DNA of 64,000 nucleotides, taken from contig CAVWHO010000016.1 of assembly GCA_963754875.1 (NCBI GenBank), positions 480,001-544,000 of the forward strand, written 5' to 3'. The notes under the pieces are model-generated. The model made no database searches and was not told the origin of the DNA. It saw only the letters and a list, made by a program, of their open reading frames with translations. Made by a program: the position numbers and the translations under genes. How positions within the stretch are numbered: the first letter of the stretch is position 1; each line of letters starts with the position of its first letter. Of the stretch, positions 21,601 through 33,521 are shown one piece after another. This DNA is from Nitrospirota bacterium (GTDB lineage: Bacteria; Nitrospirota; UBA9217).

Positions 21601-21857
21601 ACTATGATCTCGGGCTTGCCTATCAGGGGGCCGGAAATCTCAACAATGCAATCAGTGAATTTCAAATCGTCCATGCGCTGGATCCCGGGTACCGGGATAC
21701 TTCGACAAAGCTGAAAGAATTGCAGCAAGGTGATTTCATTTCTCTCGACCAGCTCAAGGATGACATCGAACGGGAGATCTCGTCGAAATTCCTTAAAGAG
21801 GGTGAACGGATTGAGCGTGAAGAAAGGAACCGGAAAAACGAAAAAGTCAGAAACTGA
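18656..21857 (+). CDS. Large tetratricopeptide-repeat protein with acidic Pro/Glu-rich linkers (one apparent +1 frameshift near 21580)
   Basis: Many TPR-like helices; C-terminal THYNLGVAYKEMGLLDDAISEF and, after the shift, MHYDLGLAYQ...DPGYRD. Confidence 0.85.
20441..20555 (+). repeat. In-frame 54-bp tandem duplication inside the TPR gene
   Basis: Two near-identical units encoding EGFDAEMPRLEEQEPSSA / EGLDAELPRLEEQEPSSA. Confidence 0.92.
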
Positions 21858-21860
21858 ATG

Positions 21861-22334
<474 letters not shown>

Positions 22335-22350
22335 AAATATATAAATATAA

Positions 22351-22420
22351 CGAGAGGGACGAGGGATGAGGGACGAAAGAAATCGTCCATCGTCTTGCGA
22401 AGCGCTCGCCCATCGTCCAT
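22351..22420. repeat. 7-nt-period inverted repeat (CGAGGGA)n...(TCGTCCA)n
   Basis: cgagagggacgagggatgagggacga ... tcgtccatcgtct...tcgcccatcgtccat between glnB and glnA. Confidence 0.7.
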
Positions 22421-22454
22421 AGAAATACAAATTAAGACAAGAGGAGGAAGCAAC

Positions 22455-23870
22455 ATGGCGACACCCAAAGATGTTTTGAAAATGGCAAAAGACAACAAGG
22501 CAAAGATGGTGGATTTTAAGTTCATGGATTACCCCGGCCTGTGGCAGCACTTCTCCGTCCCCGTGGATGAGTTGACCGAGGCAATCTTCGAGGAAGGCCT
22601 CGGGTTCGACGGCTCCAGCATCCGCGGCTGGCAGTCGATCCACACGAGCGACATGCTCGTCGTGCCCGATGCGGAAACCGCGGTCATGGACCCCTTTACC
22701 AAGTACGCGACCCTTTCGCTCATCTGCAATATCGTTGACCCCATCACCAAGGAACGCTACAGCCGCGACCCGCGCCACATCGCGCAGAAGGCGGAAGCCT
22801 ACCTGAAATCTACCGGCATCGGCGACACCTGCTACATGGGCCCTGAGGCCGAGTTCTTCATTTTCGACGACATCCGCTTCGACCAGAACTCCCACTCCGG
22901 CTACTACTTCCTCGACAGCGAAGAAGGCATCTGGAACAGCGGCAAGGACGAGCAGCCGAACCTGGGCTACAAGCCGCGACACAAGGAAGGTTACTTCCCG
23001 GTACCGCCGATCGACAGCCAGGAGGACATCCGCTCCGAAATGGTGGAGGAAATGCAGAAGGTCGGCATCTACATCGAGCGGCAGCACCATGAAGTGGCGA
23101 CTGCAGGCCAGGCCGAGATCGACATGCGCTACAACCCGCTCGTAAAAGTCGCGGACCAGCTCATGTACTTCAAGTACATCATCAAGAACGTGGCCAAGCG
23201 GCACGGCAAGACCGTGACCTTCATGCCGAAGCCGCTCTTCGGCGACAACGGGTCCGGTATGCACACCCACCAGTCCATCTGGAAGGGCGGCAAGCCCCTG
23301 TTCGCCGGCGACCAGTATGCGGGCATGTCCCAGATGGCGCTGTGGTACATCGGCGGCATCCTGAAGCACGCGAAGAAGATCGCGGCCTTCACGAACCCGA
23401 CAACGAACTCCTACAAACGCCTGACCCCGGGCTTCGAAGCGCCGGTGAACCTGGCCTACTCGAGCCGGAACCGTTCAGCCTCCGTCCGCATCCCGATGTA
23501 CAGCGCGAACCCCAAGGCAAAGCGGATCGAGGTCCGCTTCCCTGACCCGTCCTGCAACCCCTATCTGGCCTTCGCAGCCATGCTCATGGCCGGTCTCGAC
23601 GGCATCGAGAACAAGATCGATCCGGGCCAGCCGCTCGACAAGGACATCTACGATATGGCGCCTGAAGAACTGGCAAGCGTACCGTCCATGCCGGGCTCGC
23701 TCGACGAAGCGCTCGACAATCTCGAAGCTGATCACGGCTTCCTTTTGAAGGGCGACGTGTTCACCAAGGACGCCATCGAGATGTGGATCAACTACAAGAG
23801 GACCAAGGAAGTGGACGCGCTCCGACTCCGTCCCCATCCCTATGAGTTCTTCCTGTACTACGATATCTAA
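22455..23870 (+). CDS. glnA: Glutamine synthetase type I
   Basis: [55 protein letters not shown] adenylylation-type site; SD GGAGG. Confidence 0.98.
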   Translation: MATPKDVLKMAKDNKAKMVDFKFMDYPGLWQHFSVPVDELTEAIFEEGLGFDGSSIRGWQSIHTSDMLVVPDAETAVMDPFTKYATLSLICNIVDPITKERYSRDPRHIAQKAEAYLKSTGIGDTCYMGPEAEFFIFDDIRFDQNSHSGYYFLDSEEGIWNSGKDEQPNLGYKPRHKEGYFPVPPIDSQEDIRSEMVEEMQKVGIYIERQHHEVATAGQAEIDMRYNPLVKVADQLMYFKYIIKNVAKRHGKTVTFMPKPLFGDNGSGMHTHQSIWKGGKPLFAGDQYAGMSQMALWYIGGILKHAKKIAAFTNPTTNSYKRLTPGFEAPVNLAYSSRNRSASVRIPMYSANPKAKRIEVRFPDPSCNPYLAFAAMLMAGLDGIENKIDPGQPLDKDIYDMAPEELASVPSMPGSLDEALDNLEADHGFLLKGDVFTKDAIEMWINYKRTKEVDALRLRPHPYEFFLYYDI

Positions 23871-23893
23871 CAGCTGATTCACAGACTGGCAAT

Positions 23894-23931
23894 AAAAACC
23901 GGAACCTCGCTAAAGGGGTTCCGGTTTTTTT
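23894..23931 (+). terminator. Rho-independent terminator after glnA
   Basis: AAAAACCGGAACC...GGTTCCGGTTTTTTT. Confidence 0.9.
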
Positions 23932-24119
23932 GTGCCGGGAATCTTTTGAATAACTACTACAAACTCTTGCCATCGTTTTTTTCACCGAAAAGCTCAGTCT
24001 TTTCCTGGCCATTTTTGCTAAAAAGTGTCTTTATTAAATTTTAACTTATTTGCCAGCAATCTTAGCAGCAATTTTATGCCGATTGTGTTTATATTTATCC
24101 ATGAAAAGGAGGGAGACTC

Positions 24120-24200
24120 ATGGACATCCTGTTTATCGGCATCACGATTGTGCTCTTTGTTGCAAGCTGGTTTTTCGTGAAACTTGTTGAACGAGTCTAG
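24120..24200 (+). CDS. 26-aa hydrophobic peptide upstream of kdpF
   Basis: MDILFIGITIVLFVASWFFVKLVERV*, strong SD (AGGAGG), single predicted TM helix; below the ORF-track cutoff. Confidence 0.75.
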   Translation: MDILFIGITIVLFVASWFFVKLVERV

Positions 24201-24212
24201 AAGGAGGGAAGA

Positions 24213-24305
24213 ATGGAACTGTTCTACTGGATTGGCGGCGTTCTCGCCGCGGGATTGTTGGTGTATCTCTTGATAGCACTTCTTAAACCGGAGGCATTGT
24301 CATGA
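24213..24305 (+). CDS. kdpF: K+-transporting ATPase subunit F
   Basis: [30 protein letters not shown], with the YL..ALL.PE motif; SD AGGAGG; stop overlaps the kdpA start (ATGA). Confidence 0.9.
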   Translation: MELFYWIGGVLAAGLLVYLLIALLKPEALS

Positions 24306-26107
24306 CTGGCAACGATATTTTGCAGATAGTTTTATATTTTGGCGTTTTGTTGCTCCTCGCAAAACCGCTCGGGGTCTACATGGCGCGGGTTTACGAAGGA
24401 CAGCCTTCGGGCCTGGACCGCGTGCTCGGGCCTGTTGAACGTCTTTTCTACCGGATTTGCGGCATCAAGCCCGACGAGGAAATGAGCTGGAAGAAGTACG
24501 CCGGTGCGTGTGCTTCTCTTCAGCGCAGCAGGATTCTTCTTCCTCTATCTCCTGCAGCGCTTACAGGGGTTTCTGCCGCTGAATCCGCAGAAGTTCACTG
24601 CAGTCTCCCCCGATTCTTCTTTTAATACGGCGGTAAGTTTTATCACGAATACCAACTGGCAGGGGTACGGCGGCGAAACAACGATGAGCTACCTCACCCA
24701 GATGGTCGGACTTGGGGTGCAGAATTTCGTGTCCGCGGCAGCGGGCATGGCCGTGCTCGTTGCCCTGATCCGCGGGTTTGCCAGAGCACTCGGCTGAGAC
24801 CATCGGCAACTTCTGGTTCGATCTCACCCGCTCCACGCTTTACATCCTGATGCCGCTTGCGCTGATCTGGTCGCTGCTGCTCGTATCTCAGGGAGTTGTG
24901 CAGACCTTCAGCGAATACAAGACCGTTTCGCTCACTCAGACCATCACCTACGATAACCCGAAGCTCGATGCCCAGGGCAACCCGATCAAGGATGAAAAGG
25001 GCAATCCCGTGACCGAGAAAGCGGAGATGAAAGAGCAGGTCATACCGCTCGGTCCGGCTGCTTCGCAGATCGCGATCAAGCAGCTCGGCACGAACGGCGG
25101 CGGGTTCTTTAATGTCAACTCGGCCCATCCTTTCGAGAACCCGACAGCATTCTCCAATTTTCTGGAAATGCTGGCGATCCTCCTGATACCCGCGGCGCTC
25201 TGTATCACCTTCGGCAAGATGGTCGGAGACAAGCGCCAGGGGTGGGCTCTGCTTTCCGCCATGACGATCGTGCTCGTCACGCTGATGGCCTTATGTACCT
25301 GGAGCGAGCAGGGCGGCAATCCCGCGCTTCGCATCCATCGGCATCGATCAACAGGCAAGCAATCTGCAGCCCGGCGGCAACATGGAAGGAAAAGAAGCGC
25401 GCTTCGGGATCGTGAATTCCGCGATCTGGGCCACGGCAACCACGGCGGCCTCGAACGGCTCGGTCAATTCCATGCACGACTCCTTCACGCCCATGGGCGG
25501 CCTGTACCCGCTGGTGCTGATCCAGTTGGGAGAGGTGATCTTCGGCGGCGTCGGCTCCGGGCTCTACGGCATGCTGATCATGGCCATTATTACGGTCTTC
25601 ATCGCCGGCCTCATGGTCGGCCGCACGCCGGAGTATCTGGGCAAGAAGATCGAGATGTTCGAGATGAAGATGGCCTCGGTCGCGGTGCTCGTCGTCAATG
25701 CCCTGGTCAAGATCGGCACGGCAGTCGGCGTTGCGACGGCAGCGGGAGTCGCGGGAGTCGCGAACCCCGGTCCGCATGGATTTTCCGAGATCCTCTACGC
25801 CTTTTCATCCGCAGCGAACAACAACGGCAGCGCCTTTGCGGGCCTCTCCGCCAACACGGTCTTCTATAACACGGCCCTCGGCATCTCCATGTTCATCGGC
25901 CGGTTCTGGGTGATCATCCCGGTGCTTGCCATTGCCGGTTCGCTCGCGAAGAAGAAGCAGGTCCCTGCCGGTTTGGGAACGCTGCCGACCCATACGCCCT
26001 TGTTCGTGGCGCTTTTGATCGGGGTCATCGTGATCGTCGGAGCGTTGACGTTCATGCCGGCCTGGGCCTTCGGGCCGATTGCCGAACAGTTGATGGCCGC
26101 GAAGTAA
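24302..26107 (+). CDS. kdpA: K+-transporting ATPase subunit A (three apparent +1 frameshifts near 24508, 24786, 25328)
   Basis: [75 protein letters not shown] across four ORFs. Confidence 0.93.
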
Positions 26108-26111
26108 TTAG

Positions 26112-26207
26112 ACACCCTCTCCTTCAAGCGCAGAGGGCTGGGGTGAGGATGGGACATCGAACGTTCAAACCCATCCCCATGCTAATCCTCCCCTTGAAGG
26201 GTGAGGA
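26112..26207. repeat. CCCTCTCC...GGGGTGAGG-type palindromic repeat between kdpA and kdpB
   Basis: ccctctccttcaag...ggggtgaggatggg ... cccatcccc...cctccccttgaagggtgagg form a long imperfect hairpin. Confidence 0.65.
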
Positions 26208-26231
26208 AACTGGTAAGGAGGAATAATAACA

Positions 26232-28309
26232 ATGAGCAGTAAATCGAAAAAACGATCGCTCTTTGAACCGACGATCGTAAAAAAAGCATTATGGGATTCG
26301 TTCAGAAAATTGAACCCAGTACACCAGATCAAGAACCCTGTCATGTTTGTCGTGGAAGTCGGCAGTATCTTGACGACGCTCCTGTTTTTCCACGCAGTCC
26401 TGACGGGAAAAGGCGAGGCGTCGCCTTCCTTCATTCTGCAGATCTCCGTCTGGCTCTGGATAACGGTGCTCTTCGCCAATTTCGCGGAATCCATGGCAGA
26501 GGGCCGCGGCAAGGCCCAGGCCGAATCCCTCCGCCAGACGCGGCGCGAGGTCATGGCCAAGCGGCTTGCGAAACCGTCGCCTGATGCGGAGGTCACGAAG
26601 ATCGCCTCGTCACAGCTCAAAAAAGGCGATGTCGTTCTCGTGGAGGCAGGCGACATCATCCCCATGGACGGAGAAATCATCGAGGGTGTGGCCTCGGTCA
26701 ATGAAAGCGCCGTGACCGGCGAAAGCGCGCCGGTGATCCGCGAAAGCGGCGGAGACCGGAGCGCGGTCACGGGCGGGACTACGGTCTTGTCCGACTGGCT
26801 CGTGGTGCGGATCACGACAAGTCCCGGTGAGACGTTTCTCGACCGCATGATCAGCATGGTGGAAGGCGCAAAGCGCCAGAAGACGCCGAACGAGATCGCC
26901 CTCGATATTCTGCTCGCGGGCATGACGATCATCTTTTTGCTCGTGTGCGTGACGCTGCTTCCCTATTCCCTCTTCAGCGTCAAGGCAGCGGGCCAGGGCA
27001 CGCCGGTCACCATCACCGTGCTCGTGGCACTTCTGGTCTGCCTCATCCCGACCACGATCGGCGGCCTGCTCTCGGCCATCGGCATCGCGGGCATGGACCG
27101 GATGATCCAGGCAAATGTGATCGCCACGTCCGGACGGGCCGTGGAAGCGGCCGGAGACGTTGATGTGCTGCTGCTCGATAAAACCGGCACGATCACCCTC
27201 GGAAACCGGCAGGCCACGGAGTTTATTCCCGCACCGGGAGTGCATGTGGGAGCGCTTGCCGACGCGGCACAGCTCGCCTCATTGGCGGATGAAACACCTG
27301 AAGGAAGAAGCATCGTGGTTCTTGCAAAAGAAAAATACAGCCTCCGCGCCCGGGACATCCAAAGCATCAAGGCGGAGTTTGTCCCTTTCACTGCCCAGAC
27401 TCGGATGAGCGGGGTAAACCTCGACAACCGGGAAATCCGCAAAGGCGCTGCCGACGCAGTTGAAAAGTACGTTCAAAAAAAAGGCGGGACGTTCCCTCCC
27501 GATGTTCGCTCAATCGTGGACGACATTGCCAAAGCAGGGCGCAACACCGCTCGTGGTCGCCGAAGGGAATAAAGTGCTCGGCGTCATCCGCTTGAACGAC
27601 ATCGTCAAGGGCGGGATCAAGGAACGCTTTGCCGAGATGCGCAAGATGGGGATCAAGACGGTCATGATCACCGGCGACAACCCGCTCACCGCGGCCGCGG
27701 TCGCAGCCGAGGCAGGCGTGGATGATTTTCTGGCCGAGGCGACGCCCGAGGCAAAGCTCAAGCTGATCCGCGAACACCAGAAAGGCGGAAGGCTCGTTGC
27801 CATGACCGGCGACGGTACGAACGACGCGCCCGCGCTTGCCCAGGCGGACGTGGCCGTTGCCATGCACACCGGGCACCCAGGCGGCAAAGGAAGCAGGCAA
27901 CCTGGTGGACCTCGACTCGAATCCCACCAAGCTCATCCAGATCGTCGAGATCGGCAAGCAGCTCTTGATGACCCGCGGCACGCTCACGACCTTCAGCATC
28001 GCGAACGACGTGGCGAAATATTTCGCCATTCTGCCTGCTGCGTTCATTTCCATCTATCCGGCGCTCGGGGCGCTGAATATCATGGGCCTTGCAACGCCGC
28101 AGAGCGCCGTGTTGTCGGCGGTGATCTTTAACGCGCTGATCATTATTTTCCTGGTTCCCCTGGCCCTTCGCGGCGTGAAATACCGCCCCCTCGGCGCTTC
28201 GGTGGTCTTACGAAATAACGCCCTGATTTACGGTGTCGGCGGCTTGATCGTGCCGTTCATCGGCATCAAGCTGGTTGATATGCTCATAACTGCATTGCAT
28301 ATTGTTTAA
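26232..28309 (+). CDS. kdpB: K+-transporting P-type ATPase subunit B (two apparent +1 frameshifts near 27535 and 27872)
   Basis: [32 protein letters not shown] phosphorylation site, [23 protein letters not shown]. Confidence 0.94.
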
Positions 28310-28332
28310 CTAACTAATCGAAGGAGATTGAA

Positions 28333-29464
28333 GTGAAAAAAATGAGTTCTGTTCTAGGATTGAAAATCGGATTGATGATATTCTGCGCCATGGCGGCACT
28401 GGCAACACCGATTTTTGCAGAAGATGCGAAACCGGCAGCACCTGTAGTGAGCGCAGACGATTTGAAGAAGGCGTTGGGTATGAGCATCTATCTGCAGAGC
28501 GGCTACACGTACAACGGCAATGCAAGCGTCGGTCAAATAAATGATCTGCGCGCGTTCGACACAAAAGCGAACAGCTTTGGACTCGATCTATTGGAATTGA
28601 TTTTTGCAAAAGACCCTGCCGCGGGTGCCATCGGCTACAAGGTGAAAATTTCCGGAGGCGATACGGCGCGGATCATCAATGCCGCGGGCTTGGGCGCCTC
28701 GACACCGGATTCCATCGACGTTACGGAGGCATATGTAAGTTACCTTGCCCCAATCGGCAAGGGGCTCCGGTTCGATGCAGGAAAGATGGGAACCTTCGTG
28801 GGCGCAGAAGTGATGGAAGCGATCGACAATCCCAACTACTCCCGCTCATTCCTGTTCACCTGGGCTGAACCGCTTACCCATACCGGCGTGAAGGCCGGCT
28901 ACACGTTCACCGACAAGATAAACGCGGCCCTGTTCGTGGTGAACGGCTGGGACAACATGAACGACAACAATACGGGCAAGTCCGTAGGCCTCTCCGTAAA
29001 CCTGACGCCGAATGACAAGGTCTCCGGCTACGTGAATTATTTGACCGGCCCGGAGAAGACCAATAATACCCGGGACAACAGGTCGCTTCTCGATCTCATT
29101 GCGACGATCACTCCGATCAAGCCGCTTTCGTTCATCCTGAACTACGACAACGGCCAGGAGGAGCATTCGTCGGCAACCGGTGGCACCGCAGAGTGGTCCG
29201 GCGTGTCCGCAATCGCGAAGTATGATTTCAGTGACACCTACAGCCTGGCGATCCGCGGCGAGTATTTCGACGACAAGGACGGCGTCAGGACCCTTACGGT
29301 CCAGAAACTGACCGAAGTGACAATCACCCCGACAATCAAGCTTGCCGGCGGCCTGGTCTTGATGCCTGAGTACCGCTATGACACTTCGAACAAGCAGTCT
29401 TTCGACAACGGCACGAAGAAGTCCCAGGACACCGTCGCGCTTGGCTGCGATGTATAGATGGTAA
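28333..29464 (+). CDS. Outer-membrane beta-barrel porin (bbp2/OmpL-like type)
   Basis: Signal peptide, alternating beta-strands, GKMGTFVGAEV...NPNYSRSFLF...PLTHTG...NGWD motifs. Removing one G near 29444 gives the C-terminus AAMYRW* (terminal aromatic) ending at 29464 instead of 29457. Confidence 0.8.
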
Positions 29465-29495
29465 GGATATTGGAAAATCGAAAACGGAGGAATCC

Positions 29496-30070
29496 ATGTT
29501 TACAATGATTCGCAATTCGCTCATGTCTATTTTGGTATTCACGATCCTCACGGGGATCATTTATCCCCTGGCAGTGACGGGGATCTCTCAAGTGATATTC
29601 CCGCAACAGGCAAACGGCAGCATCATCACGAAGAACGGAAAACCAGTCGGCTCATCGCTTCTTGGCCAGCAGTTCGAGGATCCGAAATATTTCTGGGGCA
29701 GGCTTTCGGCAACGACGCCCTATCCATACAACGGTGCATCTTCTACGGGCTCTAATCTCGGCCCGAACAACCCCGATCTCATGAAGGCTGTGCAGGCGCG
29801 TATAGATGCTCTGCATGCTGCGGATCCCAGGAAATGATGCGAAGATACCCGTTGACCTGGTCACTGCTTCCGGCAGCGGGCTCGATCCGCATATCAGCCC
29901 TGCTGCTGCTGAATATCAGATACACCGGGTGGCAAAGGCCCGGGGACTCGATGATGCCAGAGGTCCGCGACATCGTTGCCAAAAACACCACAGGCCGCTG
30001 GCTCGGCGTGATCGGCGAACCGGTGGTCAATGTTCTGGAGCTGAACTTGGCGCTCGACGAACAGAAGTAA
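29496..30070 (+). CDS. kdpC: K+-transporting ATPase subunit C (two apparent +1 frameshifts near 29827 and 29959)
   Basis: [21 protein letters not shown]...[39 protein letters not shown]. Confidence 0.93.
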
Positions 30071-30086
30071 CTGTGGAGAATAAAAC

Positions 30087-30476
30087 ATGAAAAAGATCGT
30101 AAAGCTTCTTGCTGTTCTGCTGATCTCATGCATAGGGCTCCCTCAGCTCGCAAACGCCGTTTCCTGGTCCCCCCTCCAGGAGGAACGCGAAGAGAAGGCT
30201 GCCAAGGGGATCATAGAAAAGGGCGCTGTAGTATGCCTGTTCCAGAGCGGGACCGCGGACGTAAAGAAGGCGATCAACGTAAATGATATTCTTCCTGTCT
30301 ACCGGGAAAGCAAGTCCCATGAACTCAAGGAAGTAGGAAAGATCAAGGTGCTTTCTTATGTGGGCGAAGATTATTTGAAAGGCGAGGTTGTTGAAGGCGA
30401 ACTTAAAGTCGGCGACATCGCGAAAAAGGGCGATGTCGCGAGCCTGATCATATCATCAGGCGACAAGTGTAACTAG
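30087..30476 (+). CDS. Exported hypothetical protein
   Basis: SD GGAG, Sec-type signal peptide ([10 protein letters not shown]...ANA), beta-rich body; 16 bp after kdpC and before a terminator. Confidence 0.8.
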   Translation: MKKIVKLLAVLLISCIGLPQLANAVSWSPLQEEREEKAAKGIIEKGAVVCLFQSGTADVKKAINVNDILPVYRESKSHELKEVGKIKVLSYVGEDYLKGEVVEGELKVGDIAKKGDVASLIISSGDKCN

Positions 30477-30526
30477 TTCAATGTCTAGCGATCTCTGATA
30501 TGTGGTAAAAAAACATGTCACCCAAG

Positions 30527-30559
30527 GCGGGGCCCCTCTGTAGGGGGTCCCGTTTTTTT
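30527..30559 (+). terminator. Rho-independent terminator ending the kdpFABC transcript
   Basis: GCGGGGCCCCT-CTGT-AGGGGGTCCCGTTTTTTT. Confidence 0.75.
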
Positions 30560-30700
30560 GGCCCACTCGATATAATGCTTAAGAAATAGCAGAGCGCCTG
30601 CAAACGTCGCTAAGCGGCAAGTGCCCGTTGTAAAAAAGCATTTACACCCACCATAAAAAATGCGACAATACAACGTTGTTGACCATATCAAGGAGTATTA

Positions 30701-33409
30701 ATGGAAGAACGAAGACCTGATCCCGACCAACTTCTCCAGCGGGCCCGCGAAGAGGAAGAGCGAAAACGCGAGGGGCAGCTGAAAATATTTTTCGGCGCCG
30801 CTCCCGGCGTCGGGAAAACCTATGCTATGCTCGAGGCCGCTCGCCAGAAGAAACGGGAGGGCATGGAAATCATGGTCGGCCTTGTCGAGACCCACGGCCG
30901 GAAAGAGACCGACGCGCTCCTCGAAGGACTGGAAATCCTCCCCCGCCGGAACGTCGAATATCGCGGCACCATCCTCAAGGAATTCGATCTTGATGCGGTT
31001 CTGCGCCACAAACCGGCGATCATCGTCGTTGATGAACTTGCCCATACGAACGCCCCCGGGTCCCGCCATAAAAAGCGCTGGCAGGACATCTATGAACTGC
31101 TCGGCGCCGGCATTACCGTCTACACCACCATGAACGTGCAGCACCTTGAAAGCCTGAATGACGTTGTCTCCCAGATCACCGGCGTCAATGTACGGGAGAC
31201 CGTGCCTGACTTTCTGCTCGACCGCGCCGACGAGATCGAGCTCATCGACCTGCCTCCCGACGACTTGCTGCAGCGCATGAAAGAGGGCAAGGTTTATATG
31301 CCGGAACAGGCCGCCGCGGCGATCAGTAACTTTTTCCGCAAGGGAAATTTGATCGCGCTGCGGGAGCTGGCCCTGCGCCGCACCGCAGACCGCGTTGACG
31401 AGCAGATGCAGGTCTACCGGCAGGACAAGGGGATCAAGGACATCTGGCCCGCAGGAGAACGGATCCTAGTCTGTGTCGGTCATAATCCCCGCTCGATCAG
31501 GCTGATCCACGCGGCAAGGAGATTGGCTGCCGGACTTCGCGCCGAATGGGTCGCTGTGCATGTAGAGGCCCCATCCCGCGTACGGTCTTCGGAAAGTGAC
31601 ATAAAACAGCTCGCCGATCATATGCGGCTTGCGGAAAGCCTGGGAGCCGAAACGGTGACGTTAAGCAGCCCGCGCATGAGCGAAGAGATCCTCACCTATG
31701 CACGCAGCCGGAATGTGAGCAGGATCATAATCGGCAAACCCACGCATGCCCGCTGGAAGGACAAGCTCTTCGGCTCGCCCCTGGATGAAATCGTGCGGGG
31801 CAGCGGCGACATCGATGTCTATGTCATCAGCGGTGATGTAACAGCACCCCATATACATCCGACGTCGAAAGTCCAGCGTAGCGTAGCGCGCAAAAGAGAA
31901 TGGCTGTTGAGCGCTGTGACAGTCGCGGCCTGCACCGGTATCGACCAGCTCATGTTCCCCTACTTCGAACGATTGGACATGGCAATGGTATACCTTTTGG
32001 GGGTCGTGTTTATTGCAGGCCGTACCAGCAAGTGGCCGTCATTATTCGCCACCGTCCTCAGTGTTGCCGCGTTCGATTTTTTCTTTGTCCCCCCTTACCA
32101 TACATTCGCCGTGAGCGATGCAAGATATTTCATTACCTTTATCGTAATGTTCATCGTTTCCTTCGTCATCAGCAGGCTTACGCTCCGGGTCCGTCAACAG
32201 GCGGAATCGGCGCGGCTGCGTGAGCGCAGGACCGCTGCTCTGTATAGCTTGAGCCGCGACCTGGTCCGCGAACGGGGAGCGGAGCGGCTGAGTGAACTTG
32301 CTGTGAAACATATCGGTGAAGTTTTCGATTGCCAGGTCGTCATTCTCATTCCCTATGATGAAAACCGTCTTACTCCATCCGTCACCGGCGCTTCGTCATT
32401 TATCCCCGACCCTCAGGAATTGAGCGTGGCCCAATGGGTTTACGAACATCGCCAGTCCGCCGGGTTGAGTACGGACACCTTGCCCGGAGCCAAAGCCCTG
32501 TATTTGCCCCTCGTCGCTTCAAGTGGTCCGGTTGGAGTTATCGGCATCCTTCCGCGAACTGCGGAGAACGCTTTCGAGCCGGAACAATTTCACTATCTCG
32601 AGGCTTTTGCGAACCAGACCGCCATAGCAATCGAACGCTCGTATCTGGGCCAGGCGGCCCAAAGCGCTTTGCTGAAAGCGGAAACGGAAAGCCTGCGCAA
32701 TACTCTCCTCAGCTCTATTTCTCATGATCTCCGCACACCTTTGTCTGCGATCACCGGGGCCGCGACGACACTGCTCCAGAATGACGTAACAATCGATCAA
32801 CAAAACAGAGTGGAGCTTCTCAAAACCATCAAGGAAGAGGCGGAACATCTGAGCCGTATCATTAAGAACGTCCTCGATATGACACGCCTGGAATCGGGGG
32901 CAATAAAAATAAATAAAGAATGGCAGCCCCTCGATGAAATCGTGGGTGTCGTCCTCGACCGCTTGGGTGACCGCCTCAAGGACCACCCGGTGACCGTGAA
33001 ACTTCAGGGAAATCTGCCGCTCATTCCCTTCGACGCCCTGCTTCTGGAACAGGTATTCATGAATCTCTTCGACAATGCAATCAAATATTCACCCAAGGGA
33101 GCTCCGCTAGAGCTTTCGGCCTCGGAGTCTTTTTACACGGTTACGGTAGAGCTTGGGGATCATGGTCCGGGCATTCCCGCCGGAGAAGAAGAGCGCATAT
33201 TCGAGAAATTTGTTCGCGGCCGGGGGGCAGGCGGCGGGGTAGGACTCGGACTCGCCATTTGCCGCACGATCATCAACGCCCATGGTGGTAAAATATGGGC
33301 AGAGAACCGCCCGGAAGGCGGCGCGTTAATCCGCTTTACGCTGCCCGCGGCAGGCCTGCCGCCTGCTCCGAGAAACGAGGAAGAGAACTTAATGACGACA
33401 GAAGGATAA
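30701..33409 (+). CDS. kdpD: Sensor histidine kinase KdpD
   Basis: GAAPGVGKTYAML, VDELAHTN, USP-like domain, four TM helices, GAF, SISHDLRTPL H-box, GLGLAIC. Confidence 0.97.
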   Translation: MEERRPDPDQLLQRAREEEERKREGQLKIFFGAAPGVGKTYAMLEAARQKKREGMEIMVGLVETHGRKETDALLEGLEILPRRNVEYRGTILKEFDLDAVLRHKPAIIVVDELAHTNAPGSRHKKRWQDIYELLGAGITVYTTMNVQHLESLNDVVSQITGVNVRETVPDFLLDRADEIELIDLPPDDLLQRMKEGKVYMPEQAAAAISNFFRKGNLIALRELALRRTADRVDEQMQVYRQDKGIKDIWPAGERILVCVGHNPRSIRLIHAARRLAAGLRAEWVAVHVEAPSRVRSSESDIKQLADHMRLAESLGAETVTLSSPRMSEEILTYARSRNVSRIIIGKPTHARWKDKLFGSPLDEIVRGSGDIDVYVISGDVTAPHIHPTSKVQRSVARKREWLLSAVTVAACTGIDQLMFPYFERLDMAMVYLLGVVFIAGRTSKWPSLFATVLSVAAFDFFFVPPYHTFAVSDARYFITFIVMFIVSFVISRLTLRVRQQAESARLRERRTAALYSLSRDLVRERGAERLSELAVKHIGEVFDCQVVILIPYDENRLTPSVTGASSFIPDPQELSVAQWVYEHRQSAGLSTDTLPGAKALYLPLVASSGPVGVIGILPRTAENAFEPEQFHYLEAFANQTAIAIERSYLGQAAQSALLKAETESLRNTLLSSISHDLRTPLSAITGAATTLLQNDVTIDQQNRVELLKTIKEEAEHLSRIIKNVLDMTRLESGAIKINKEWQPLDEIVGVVLDRLGDRLKDHPVTVKLQGNLPLIPFDALLLEQVFMNLFDNAIKYSPKGAPLELSASESFYTVTVELGDHGPGIPAGEEERIFEKFVRGRGAGGGVGLGLAICRTIINAHGGKIWAENRPEGGALIRFTLPAAGLPPAPRNEEENLMTTEG

Positions 33410-33521
33410 GTCTTCGAGGTACATTTACAGTTGGGTGCCGCGGTAAAAGTAGTTTTTATTTTTTTGTTCATTGTTTGCTGTTAATAAAAACGCGAAACCT
33501 CTACTCGTTTGCCTGTTAGTG

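Noticed and set aside
24058..24082. Sigma54-like sequence on the minus strand upstream of the kdp operon
   Set aside because: The spacing between GGCA and TTGC is one base short and the orientation is opposite to kdp.
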